From an uncultured Desulfarculus sp. (GTDB lineage: Bacteria > Desulfobacterota > Desulfarculia > Desulfarculales > Desulfarculaceae): 64,000 nt of DNA. Positions 50,415-59,117 of this stretch are shown here, piece after piece; position 1 is the stretch's first letter, and every line of letters begins with the position of its first letter. Below the pieces are notes generated by a model. The model searched no databases. It saw nothing but the letters and a program-made list of their open reading frames with translations, and was not told the DNA's origin. A program made the translations under genes and the position numbers. Where the stretch lies: contig CAXXUK010000001.1 in the NCBI GenBank assembly GCA_963665125.2, forward strand, positions 1,536,001 to 1,600,000, in the 5' to 3' direction.

Positions 50415-51191
50415 ATGGACGTTGCGGTAAAGCTTGAAATATTCGAAGGGCCGCTGGACCTGCTGTTACACCTCATCCGCAAGAATGAGGTGGACATCTA
50501 TGACATACCCATCGCCCTGATCACCAAGCAATACCTTGACTACCTCGAAATGATGCGCGAACTCAACATCAGCTTGGCCGGTGAGTTCCTGGTCATGGCC
50601 AGCACCCTGACCCACATCAAAAGCCGCATGTTGCTGCCCAGCTATAGCAAGGCCGATGATGACGACGAGGACGGCGACCCGTTGGACAACCTGGTCGAGC
50701 GGCTCAGAGATCACATGCGCATCAAGGCCGCCGCTGATATGCTCATGGAGCGCCAGTGGCTGGACCGCGACGTGTTCATGCGCCAGGCCGCAGTGCAGGA
50801 GATCGACCATGCCGTGCAGTCCCAGCCCCAGCAACTGGTGGCTGCGGGGGTTTTCGAGCTAATCGAGGCCTTTCGGGAGCTGTTGGCCGACCGCTCCCGC
50901 CAATTAGTGCTGGACCTGCCCCTGGCCCGGATGTCCGTCGAAGACCGTATGGGCGTGCTTCTGGACCAGTTGCGCAGACACGAGAGCCTTTCGTTCATCG
51001 AGTGCTTTGCCGGCGACCTGGACCGCTCGCACATGGTGGTGACGTTTTTGTCCATACTTGAACTCACCCGCCTGGGCCTGATAAGGGTGTATCAGGAGCG
51101 CCTGGATGAGGAACACCGGCCCAGCGTCCAATGGAGCGTATTGCGCGTGTTTTTGCGCGAAAACGAGGATGAACTGGAGGACGAACTCTAG
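50415..51191 (+). CDS. scpA: Segregation and condensation protein A
   Basis: FEGPLDLLLHLI, EFLVMAS, IKSRMLLP, VVTFLSILEL. Confidence 0.95.
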   Translation: MDVAVKLEIFEGPLDLLLHLIRKNEVDIYDIPIALITKQYLDYLEMMRELNISLAGEFLVMASTLTHIKSRMLLPSYSKADDDDEDGDPLDNLVERLRDHMRIKAAADMLMERQWLDRDVFMRQAAVQEIDHAVQSQPQQLVAAGVFELIEAFRELLADRSRQLVLDLPLARMSVEDRMGVLLDQLRRHESLSFIECFAGDLDRSHMVVTFLSILELTRLGLIRVYQERLDEEHRPSVQWSVLRVFLRENEDELEDEL

Positions 51192-51853
51192 TGCATATCA
51201 ATATCAAGCGCATAATCGAAGGCCTGCTGTTCGTGGCCGAGGCACCGCTGAACGCAGCGCAGATCGCCCAGATCCTGGAAGCGCCCCATGCCGATGACGT
51301 GCAGGCGGCCGTTGACGAGCTTGTGGCCGAATACCGGTCCATGGAGCGGGCCTACACCATTGTCGAGGTGGGCGGCGGCTACATCTTCCGCTCCCGGCCG
51401 GAAATGGCCCCCTGGCTCAGCCGCCTGCGCAAGCAGCAGGCCAGCAAACTCAGCCGAGCCGCCCTGGAGACCCTGGCCATCGTTGCCTACAAGCAGCCCG
51501 TGCTCAGGGCCGAAATCGAACGCATCCGTGGCGTGGACGTGGGTGGGGTGTTGCGCATGCTTATGGAGCGCAACCTCCTGCGGGTTGCCGGCCGCCGGGA
51601 CCTGCCCGGCAAGCCCCTGGTCTATGCCACCACCAAACGTTTTTTGGAGTTTTTCGACCTCAAGGACATCAGTGAACTACCCACCCTGGAAGAAATCGAC
51701 AGGCTCACCAATGATCCGGAACAAGCCTTCGAGGCCCAGCAGTTGCTGAATTTCCCGGAACAAAGGGAAGATGACGACGAGCCGGAGCTTCCCTACAACG
51801 GATCTTCCACGGAAGATTCCCAAGACTCCGGTGAAACACCGGAAAATCAATAA
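51191..51853 (+). CDS. scpB: SMC-Scp complex subunit ScpB
   Basis: IEGLLFV, LSRAALETLAIVAYKQPV.RAEIERIRGV, YATTKRFL. Confidence 0.95.
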   Translation: MHINIKRIIEGLLFVAEAPLNAAQIAQILEAPHADDVQAAVDELVAEYRSMERAYTIVEVGGGYIFRSRPEMAPWLSRLRKQQASKLSRAALETLAIVAYKQPVLRAEIERIRGVDVGGVLRMLMERNLLRVAGRRDLPGKPLVYATTKRFLEFFDLKDISELPTLEEIDRLTNDPEQAFEAQQLLNFPEQREDDDEPELPYNGSSTEDSQDSGETPENQ

Positions 51854-51864
51854 CGGATACGCAT

Positions 51865-52671
51865 TTGGCAAAAGACCGCTTGCAAAAGATCCTGGCCCAC
51901 GCCGGGGTGGCCAGCCGCAGGGCTGCCGAGGAAATGATCAGACAGGGCCGGGTCGGCGTCAACGGCAAAACCGTGACGCAACTAGGCGTCAAAGCCGATC
52001 CGACGCGCCAATCCATTACTGTTGACGGCAAGCCCATCGCCAGCAAGGAAATCAAGGAATACTGGCTAATCAACAAACCCGTGGGTTTTGTCAGCACCGT
52101 GCGCGACCCCCAGGGCAGGCCACTGATCGGCGATCTGTTGCCCGAACAGGCCAGGGGCCGGCTTTACCCGGTGGGAAGGCTTGACATCGACTCCGAGGGC
52201 CTGGTGCTCATGACCAACGACGGCGATCTGGCCCACAGGCTGATGCACCCCAGCTACGGCGTAGCCAAAATCTACCGCGTATGGCTGGGCGGCAGACCCA
52301 CGGCCGGCCAACTAGAAGCGGTGCGTACCGGCGTTGAGTACGAAGGCGTTCAGTACGCCCCGGCCCAGGTTACCATCAAGTCGGCCACGCCCAAACAGGC
52401 CAAGGTGCATATGGAGTTGCACGAGGGCCGCAAGCGCGAGATCCGCTACATCTGGCGGGCTCTGGGCATGAGAGTGACCAAGCTGGTGCGGGTGGGCATG
52501 GGCCCACTGCGGCTTGAAGACTTGCCGGTGGGCGCGGCGCGGCGTCTGCGTCGCGACGAGTTGTCCAAGTTAAAGCGGGCGGTTCAGACATTATCTGGTT
52601 GCAAACCAGGCTCCCATGGTGTACAAAAATCGCCGCGGCAGGGTGTAAAGCCCACCCGCAAAAAAACATAG
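51865..52671 (+). CDS. rluB: Pseudouridine synthase, RluB/RsuA family
   Basis: S4 domain RLQKILAHAGVASRR, NKPVG, YPVGRLD, EGRKREIR; TTG start. Confidence 0.9.
   Translation: MAKDRLQKILAHAGVASRRAAEEMIRQGRVGVNGKTVTQLGVKADPTRQSITVDGKPIASKEIKEYWLINKPVGFVSTVRDPQGRPLIGDLLPEQARGRLYPVGRLDIDSEGLVLMTNDGDLAHRLMHPSYGVAKIYRVWLGGRPTAGQLEAVRTGVEYEGVQYAPAQVTIKSATPKQAKVHMELHEGRKREIRYIWRALGMRVTKLVRVGMGPLRLEDLPVGAARRLRRDELSKLKRAVQTLSGCKPGSHGVQKSPRQGVKPTRKKT
52599..52627 (+). promoter_or_regulatory. Candidate sigma-70 promoter for tRNA-Val, inside the rluB tail
   Basis: TTGCAA-N17-TACAAA followed by a GC-rich discriminator-like stretch, about 40 bp before the tRNA. Confidence 0.45.
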
Positions 52672-52744
52672 GGCCGTAACTCAGCGGGAGAGTGCCATCC
52701 TCACACGGTGGAAGTCATGGGTTCAAATCCCATCGGCCCTACCA
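52670..52744 (+). tRNA. tRNA-Val(CAC)
   Basis: Acceptor stem AGGGCCG/CGGCCCT, D-arm CTCAGCGGGAGAG, anticodon arm CCATC-CTCACAC-GGTGG, T-loop GTTCAAATC, encoded ACCA end. Confidence 0.95.
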
Positions 52745-52755
52745 CTAAACAATTA

Positions 52756-52789
52756 CAAGGGCTTAGCTGGTTTTCCGGCTAAGCCCTTG
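52756..52789. terminator. Hairpin downstream of the tRNA
   Basis: 12-bp perfect stem CAAGGGCTTAGC/GCTAAGCCCTTG, between the convergent tRNA and integrase. Confidence 0.7.
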
Positions 52790-52809
52790 ATACGTTTGTT
52801 GAGCCGATT

Positions 52810-52852
52810 TTCCTTACTACTTCCTTACTACTTTGCCAAAATTCCTTACTAC
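52810..52852. repeat. Three copies of TTCCTTACTAC; candidate integrase arm-type sites
   Basis: Exact 11-mers at 52810, 52821 and 52842 (spacings 11 and 21 bp). Confidence 0.7.
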
Positions 52853-52876
52853 TCGTTTTTGAGCTGCAGCTGGAAG

Positions 52877-54157
52877 CTATTCGGACTTCTTTTTGCGGAG
52901 AGGCCGGACCTTTTTGTTAAGAAGGTCGGAGAGCATCTTTGTGCCGGTGGCGGCATATTTTTGGGTGTGCTTTAAGTCGGCATGGCCGAAGAGTCGGGCA
53001 ACGGTTTCCAGGCTCCAACCCTCGAGGTTGATAGCCTGCATTCCCCTGCTGTGCTTGGTGGCGTTGTAGAGATTGATCTCCGGCAAGCCGGCCTCCCTGG
53101 AGGCCTTGGCCCAGATGGCTCTCAGAAAGTCGGGATTGTAGAACCGCTTTGGGTTGCGGCTTGGGTTGGCCTTCATGTTGACGAATACCGGCATGTCCGG
53201 CATGCCTCGAGGCACCAGATCCAGGTAGGCCGCGAACTGCTCGGTGATGGGCAGTTCGTTGTCTGCTTTGGTCTTGGGCGTATTGGTGAGCTCCCGCCGG
53301 CTGAAGGTGCGGGCCAGGTAGAACACGCCTTCCGGCGCCAAGGGGTTGTTGCGGTCGATGCAATCCCACATCAGGGCGCATGCCTCTGCAGGCCGCGGGC
53401 CGTAGGTGAACATGAAGGAGAATATCGGCTTGTGCTCTTCCGGGATCTTCTCAAAGGCTGCATCCTGGAGCTCGGGCGCCAGCCACTTGATGCGCTTCTT
53501 GGGCACCGTGACCGATGGCACTTTGGGCATACGAGCGAGATCCTCCCGCTCCACGGCCTCCGCGAGGATGTGTTTGAGCTCAGAGAGAATATCAGCCCTG
53601 TATTTTGGCGATAGGCTGTGCAGGCCCTCCGATGCGGCAAAGTCCTGGATATGCGCTGTACGGAGCTCTCTGACGTTGATACCGTTGAACCACTCCATGT
53701 GCACGGCCATCTGTCGCTTCTTGTCGTGGTAGGCCGACGTACAGCGGCGCCCTTCCCTATCCAGGTAGGCAGCCATCCAGTTTTCCCACAGCAGTTGATT
53801 CTTGGACTTTACAACCCAGAGTTCGGGATAGAAGTTGCCTTCTCTGATCTGATCGCGGATTACTCCCAGAGCCAGTTGTGCGGCCTGGTAGGACTCGAAG
53901 CGCTGGCCTTTTTGATCGTGGGAGATGCGGCGGGTCTTGCCCTGCCACCAAAGCAGAATATCGACCTGCGTAGGCATATACTGCCCGCATTGGCAGGCCA
54001 GGAAGGAGATTTTGCCGTGGCTGACCTCTTCATATTGGCCCTTAGCCTTACAAACGGGGCACGTCTGCTGACTGACTATTCTGCCTGGTAGTCTAGTCAT
54101 TGCATCCTCTTGCGCCGCCAGCAGCGCAAGTATTTGAGGCGAAAGACGTGAGCCCAT
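52877..54157 (-). CDS. Phage-type tyrosine integrase
   Basis: YGPRPAEACAL, TPKTK, LYNATKHS, FGHADLKHTQKY; N-terminal CPVC...CQC. Confidence 0.9.
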   Translation of the reverse strand: MGSRLSPQILALLAAQEDAMTRLPGRIVSQQTCPVCKAKGQYEEVSHGKISFLACQCGQYMPTQVDILLWWQGKTRRISHDQKGQRFESYQAAQLALGVIRDQIREGNFYPELWVVKSKNQLLWENWMAAYLDREGRRCTSAYHDKKRQMAVHMEWFNGINVRELRTAHIQDFAASEGLHSLSPKYRADILSELKHILAEAVEREDLARMPKVPSVTVPKKRIKWLAPELQDAAFEKIPEEHKPIFSFMFTYGPRPAEACALMWDCIDRNNPLAPEGVFYLARTFSRRELTNTPKTKADNELPITEQFAAYLDLVPRGMPDMPVFVNMKANPSRNPKRFYNPDFLRAIWAKASREAGLPEINLYNATKHSRGMQAINLEGWSLETVARLFGHADLKHTQKYAATGTKMLSDLLNKKVRPLRKKKSE

Positions 54158-54392
54158 CCTGGAGATGCTCCAGATATGGGCTCGGGACGTCAGATGTGAG
54201 TAGCAATCTGATTCTAAAGATAATATTATGGACAGTCAAGGTTCATATGCAAGGCAATTACTAGTACCGGCTGAGCCGTCTTAAAATCATTCACGGCCAG
54301 GCCAGTACCTATTTACCACCGCATTTGTAGGCTATTGAGCCATTAGGAAGTGTCTTTATTAAGAAACCTTTTATTCACTAATTGGGGGATTT

Positions 54393-55040
54393 ATGGCATC
54401 GAAAGGCTGCGCCCTTCTCTTTTCGGGCGGCAGAGATTCTTCTCTTTCAGTAATAAAACTGTCCAGTTTTTTTAATGAACTTATGCTGATTACGATAACT
54501 TCTGACCATCTATATGGTATCGAGCAAGTTAAAGAGCGATTAGAAGAATTATCATCATTGCTTACTATTCGTTTAAATTGGGTCTTAGTTAGACAAGAGA
54601 TAAATATAACTACTAACTATGGATCTTTTTTGCCGACCTGTCTTCCGTGTCAAAGTGAATATATCTCGATAGGTACAAAATTTTGTATTGAGAACGGAAT
54701 AAATCACTTAGGACTTGGATACGCCAGCTATCAATCTGTGTGGCCGGAGCAATCGCCAGAAGCAATTTCAATATTACACAACATATTAAATAAGTACGGT
54801 ATTACTCTTGAATTACCAGTGTACGATATAGACTCCAAAGAAGAGGCAATAAATCTTTTGGAGCATCACGGTCTAAGCCCCTTTTCTCTTGAACAGAAAT
54901 GCCAACGGCAAGAGACCAACATAGAACTAAGCCAATCTGAACTTAACATAGAACTATCAAAATGGGAGAAAAGCATCCGTGAAAACCTAGAAATGATTAA
55001 AACACTTCCAATGGAGATTTTGGAGTCAGTTACATTATGA
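54393..55040 (+). CDS. PP-loop (adenine nucleotide alpha-hydrolase) ATPase with CxxC + C
   Basis: ALLFSGGRDS at the N-terminus; TCLPC; SLEQKC. Confidence 0.8.
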   Translation: MASKGCALLFSGGRDSSLSVIKLSSFFNELMLITITSDHLYGIEQVKERLEELSSLLTIRLNWVLVRQEINITTNYGSFLPTCLPCQSEYISIGTKFCIENGINHLGLGYASYQSVWPEQSPEAISILHNILNKYGITLELPVYDIDSKEEAINLLEHHGLSPFSLEQKCQRQETNIELSQSELNIELSKWEKSIRENLEMIKTLPMEILESVTL

Positions 55041-56176
55041 ATTTAATTATTTATTTTGCTGATAACAGCACTACCAGCTCGCCCCTAAATATATATACTA
55101 TTTCAGCAGGACTCTTGGCATTCATTTTAGCTTTTTATGCATTAGTCGCGCGTGAAAGAAAAACACCATATATTACAAAATCAATTTATTTTATTTGCGG
55201 TATAATTTTATTTACTCTATCAATTACGGTTTTATCTGACCTCATTAATTATGAACCACTATCTGGCTTCTTAAAATTATTATCCGTTATTAGTCTTATT
55301 TTTTGTTTGATCTACATTTTTGTCAGAATTGTAGTCATACATAATCGTCATATTAATTTCAGAGATGACAGTCCTTTTAAAAATAGTATTTTCGTCAGAA
55401 AAGTAAAATATTATTTTCGCAAAATACGTAAAGGCAAGCCATACGAACACAATCCAGATGCTTTTGATGGCGCCTTTATTGCTGCCATTGGTTCAATGGA
55501 CTTTGTTGATAATGACACCTTAATGGAAATATTAGATGCGAATAAATTAAACAAATCATCTTTATCTGTAGCTTTATCAATATCCGACAAGAAAGAATTA
55601 GATTATAAACTATCAGAGATAGTTGGCAAACTGCATCAAACAAATTGTTTCTTTCAATATATGTCATGCTCTAGACACCCTATTGAATTTGTGAAGTTCC
55701 TTGAAAGGAAAGAGGATCAAATCTGGGAATCTATCAAAAAAAGGCTCGTAGTAGTAGATGCATACACTCCGCATTTTGGATTTACCGATTCAATTTATAC
55801 GTTTTTTGATGCTGAGATTGAAAATTCACCTATCCCCCTTGTCAAATCATCTCCTACATATGCTGGAATGCATACTGCGGCAACAAAAGCCTTTAACGAG
55901 GTACGCAAAATCGCTAAAAGCAAAAATCAACGTCCAGTAACAGTTGTTATATATGAGACTCCGTACGCAGTATCTGAAGTTGAATCTGAAGAACAATATA
56001 AGATTTTCTTAAGGCATGTTATACCCTCTGAAAAATTATGGGGCGGAATGATTACCATTTGGATTGAGAATGGGTTAAACGATGATAGCTGGAAATTATT
56101 AAAATCCCTTGCAGATATCCATTGGGAACAAGAATGCACCGCTATAGAACCGATAGCGGGTAATGAGGAAAAGTAA
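55037..56176 (+). CDS. Membrane-anchored protein with a degenerate KaiC/RecA-like C-terminal domain
   Basis: About 3 N-terminal TM helices; LVVVDAYT, VVIYETP, LKSLADIHW recall RAD55/KaiC strands; no recognisable Walker A. Confidence 0.55.
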   Translation: MNLIIYFADNSTTSSPLNIYTISAGLLAFILAFYALVARERKTPYITKSIYFICGIILFTLSITVLSDLINYEPLSGFLKLLSVISLIFCLIYIFVRIVVIHNRHINFRDDSPFKNSIFVRKVKYYFRKIRKGKPYEHNPDAFDGAFIAAIGSMDFVDNDTLMEILDANKLNKSSLSVALSISDKKELDYKLSEIVGKLHQTNCFFQYMSCSRHPIEFVKFLERKEDQIWESIKKRLVVVDAYTPHFGFTDSIYTFFDAEIENSPIPLVKSSPTYAGMHTAATKAFNEVRKIAKSKNQRPVTVVIYETPYAVSEVESEEQYKIFLRHVIPSEKLWGGMITIWIENGLNDDSWKLLKSLADIHWEQECTAIEPIAGNEEK

Positions 56177-57435
56177 TGCAGTACCTAGATCCATTATATG
56201 GTGATGTAGAAATTCCTCATCCTATAGATGTGTTAGCCAAAGACGCTACCGTTCAGCGTCTTAGACATATCCGTCTATCAAACATTGATTCATTGCAGAT
56301 GCCTGGTATTGCGAACATTTCACGCTTTGAACATTCTCTAGGAGTTTGGTATCTAACGTCAATAGCTGGTTTCATGAATAGTATTTCTGGCGATGATGCA
56401 CTTATAATACAGGCAGCAGCTTTATTACATGACTGTATGATCTCGCCATATGGACACTTGGTCGAAGAGGCGATGAGCTTTTTGAGTATCTCTTTCAACC
56501 ATGAAACCAAATTAAATGAACTTTTAAATATTTACAAAACGGACGAGATAGGCGGCATCGATTCTCAAGTTCTTTTTGGTAGAAGTGCTCAAATCAGAAA
56601 GTGGGTTTTGGGCCATTTTGACCGAAGCTTCGAAGAAGTGCTTAACGATATCGGAGCTACAATACAGGGTAAGGGAGATTTCGGCCAGGCAATTTCTGGC
56701 GACATTGATTTAGACAACATTGACAACGTGTGTCGAGCAGCATACCATATGGGAATTTCTTTTAATAAAAGGTTACCTGTTTTGCTTGCGAAGTCATTGA
56801 AATTGCTCAATAGCAGTGTTGCTATAGATTCAAGCGCAGTCCAACTATTGAATGATTGGCTTATCCTTAGAAAAGAAGTCTATACTCATTTTATGCTATC
56901 CGAATTAGATTTTATCGGAAAGCTAATGTTAATTTATACAACAATTTATGCACTTCAAAACTCAATTATTGCGAAAGATGAGTGGAAATCAAACGATCTT
57001 GATTTTGCAATTAAGCTATTGAGCCGTAACGCATCAGGGGATTACAATATTCCTGAGGCCAAAAACCATTTTTTAAGATGGCTTGTCGGCGATTTGTGGG
57101 ACATATCAGACTTAACATGGTTTAGATACCCCGCCCCTGATTATCCAGATCTTTTAGAGTTCAATAAACAAATTTCATTTATTTTAGGGCGTGACTGTTA
57201 CTCATATAGGATTAAGGATAAGCGCTCAAGAAAAATTACCATTCTAACAAGCAATCAAGACAGGTTATCCTTGGGTGATGATCCTAATCGGTGGCTTTTA
57301 GGTGTTGGATCTCCAGTAAAAAAAGATTTTACAAAGCATGAAAATAATTTAATCATAAAAAATGCATGCAACTTTTTTGGGTGCGAGTATATGGGACCAG
57401 CAAATGTGATTTCACAACAAGGGCAACTGTTTTAG
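56176..57435 (+). CDS. SAMHD1-like HD-domain phosphohydrolase
   Basis: DPLYG, QRLRHI, SRFEHSLGV, ALLHD..ISPYGH..E, DIDLDNID. Confidence 0.85.
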   Translation: MQYLDPLYGDVEIPHPIDVLAKDATVQRLRHIRLSNIDSLQMPGIANISRFEHSLGVWYLTSIAGFMNSISGDDALIIQAAALLHDCMISPYGHLVEEAMSFLSISFNHETKLNELLNIYKTDEIGGIDSQVLFGRSAQIRKWVLGHFDRSFEEVLNDIGATIQGKGDFGQAISGDIDLDNIDNVCRAAYHMGISFNKRLPVLLAKSLKLLNSSVAIDSSAVQLLNDWLILRKEVYTHFMLSELDFIGKLMLIYTTIYALQNSIIAKDEWKSNDLDFAIKLLSRNASGDYNIPEAKNHFLRWLVGDLWDISDLTWFRYPAPDYPDLLEFNKQISFILGRDCYSYRIKDKRSRKITILTSNQDRLSLGDDPNRWLLGVGSPVKKDFTKHENNLIIKNACNFFGCEYMGPANVISQQGQLF

Positions 57436-57444
57436 GAATTTTAA

Positions 57445-58614
57445 ATGCCGAGTGCTGACACAATAACTACTCAGCTTGATAAAATTGACTGGAACTTTAC
57501 AAGCGTTCAAACACCTAAATATTCCATTCATTCAATTCATTATTTTCCAGGAAATTTTATTCTACAAATACCAAACTATTTAATGAATTTATTAAGTGAG
57601 CCAGGCGATACAATCCTTGATCCTTTCTGTGGAAGCGGCACAACCGGTATTGAATCTATATTGCAAGACCGAAACGCCTGTATGTTTGATAATAATGAGA
57701 TGGCCATCCTCATATCTCAGGCGAAACAAATAATTCTTAGCTATAGCTGCCTTTACGACGATATCAACACATTGATTTCACATCTCTTTTGGGATGATGT
57801 AATAGGAAGCCATAACATAGCCAATAACGCGCTAGAAAACTCTGAATATTTGGTCAAATGGTATCATCCTCAAACATTACGCCAACTAATTTTTATATGG
57901 GATCAAATTAGTAAGTTTTCTAATACTAAATCATATATTGTCTTTCAAACTATTTTTTCAGACTTATTGTTCGCATGTACAAGCACTAAAAGGCAGTCTA
58001 CGTCGTCAGGTGGCGTTAGGAGACACCATTGGGGCTGGGTGGCAGACAATGTTGCGCCTAAGGAATTAACAAGGCACAATGCCATTGAGACAATGAAACA
58101 AAAGCTTCTCAACGTTTTGGACATTATTTCAAGGCACTCAAAAGATAATCTAGGAACCTTTTCAATCAGTCATGGAGATTGCAGAAATCTTCCATTAGAA
58201 GACGACACGATTGATTGTATCATCACCTCTCCGCCGTATATATCAATGATCGACTATACCATGGCAAATAGGATGTTTTATACATGGATGGATTGGGATC
58301 TCAATAAAACACGTAATGATGAAATTGGAGCAAGATATAAACGGTTTAGAAAGTACTCCTTTACTGAGTATCTCAAGGACATTGATTCCTGTTGCTTTGA
58401 GCTGAACAGAGTTCTAAAGCCAACCAAATATTGCGCTATTATTATTGGAGCATCAAGAAAATATCCCCATGCATTAGACGAAGTGGTAGGCATTTTTAAG
58501 AATCATTTTCAGTTGATTTGGGGGCCTACACTACGGCAAACAACGCGATCTCGACTTCGTGAAAGAAAAGGAAGTGCAGCTTCAGAGGCAATATGCGTAT
58601 TCCAAAAAAACTAA
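57445..58614 (+). CDS. Amino (N4-cytosine/N6-adenine) DNA methyltransferase-like protein 1
   Basis: IHYFPGNF, ILDPFCGSGTT (motif I), IITSPPY (motif IV), alpha-type motif order. Confidence 0.85.
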   Translation: MPSADTITTQLDKIDWNFTSVQTPKYSIHSIHYFPGNFILQIPNYLMNLLSEPGDTILDPFCGSGTTGIESILQDRNACMFDNNEMAILISQAKQIILSYSCLYDDINTLISHLFWDDVIGSHNIANNALENSEYLVKWYHPQTLRQLIFIWDQISKFSNTKSYIVFQTIFSDLLFACTSTKRQSTSSGGVRRHHWGWVADNVAPKELTRHNAIETMKQKLLNVLDIISRHSKDNLGTFSISHGDCRNLPLEDDTIDCIITSPPYISMIDYTMANRMFYTWMDWDLNKTRNDEIGARYKRFRKYSFTEYLKDIDSCCFELNRVLKPTKYCAIIIGASRKYPHALDEVVGIFKNHFQLIWGPTLRQTTRSRLRERKGSAASEAICVFQKN

Positions 58615-59117
58615 GAAAAGTTGCACTATTTGGTGGTTCTTGTACAGGCAAGACAACAATAGGTGCTGGGCTTTCGAGTAAGCTTAATTATAAGATTAGA
58701 TATTGTGGTCAGGAATTAAAAGATCTTGCACGTGAGCACGGATATTACGATTTAGATAACGTTCCTCTCAGTATTCATGAAGAGGTTGACAGAGCTACCA
58801 AAGAATTTGTCTCCAGTTCTACAACGCCATGTATTGTCGAAGGAAGGTTCCTTAACTTTGTACTGTTCGATAGTGATGACATAATTTTTATAGAGGTTAA
58901 ATGTAATGATGGTGAAAGGCAAGATAGACTTTTATCTAGATTTGGCAATTCAACTAATTTATTAATAAGTGACATTGATTGCAAAGATCGTGCTTTTACG
59001 GCTGAGACATATAAATACGCATTGAACTCATTGCCTGAAGCAATTACCGTTGACACTTCATCAATAGGCATTGATGAATGCGTAGCAATAATTATTGATA
59101 CTATAATGAAACAATAA
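58593..59117 (+). CDS. Archaeal-type cytidylate kinase-like NMP kinase
   Basis: GGSCTGKTT P-loop, GQELKDLAREHG, IVEGR, VDTS. Confidence 0.75.
   Translation: MRIPKKLRKVALFGGSCTGKTTIGAGLSSKLNYKIRYCGQELKDLAREHGYYDLDNVPLSIHEEVDRATKEFVSSSTTPCIVEGRFLNFVLFDSDDIIFIEVKCNDGERQDRLLSRFGNSTNLLISDIDCKDRAFTAETYKYALNSLPEAITVDTSSIGIDECVAIIIDTIMKQ

Noticed and set aside
52810..52852. CRISPR or iteron array
   Set aside because: Only three 11-bp copies, with no spacers and no cas or rep genes. I saw no CRISPR array anywhere in the window.
54393..55040. Calling this queC as part of a Dpd, Qat or type IV CBASS system
   Set aside because: The QueC C-terminal four-Cys zinc motif is not evident, and no dpdA/TGT, queD/E, folE, TatD or CD-NTase gene is nearby.
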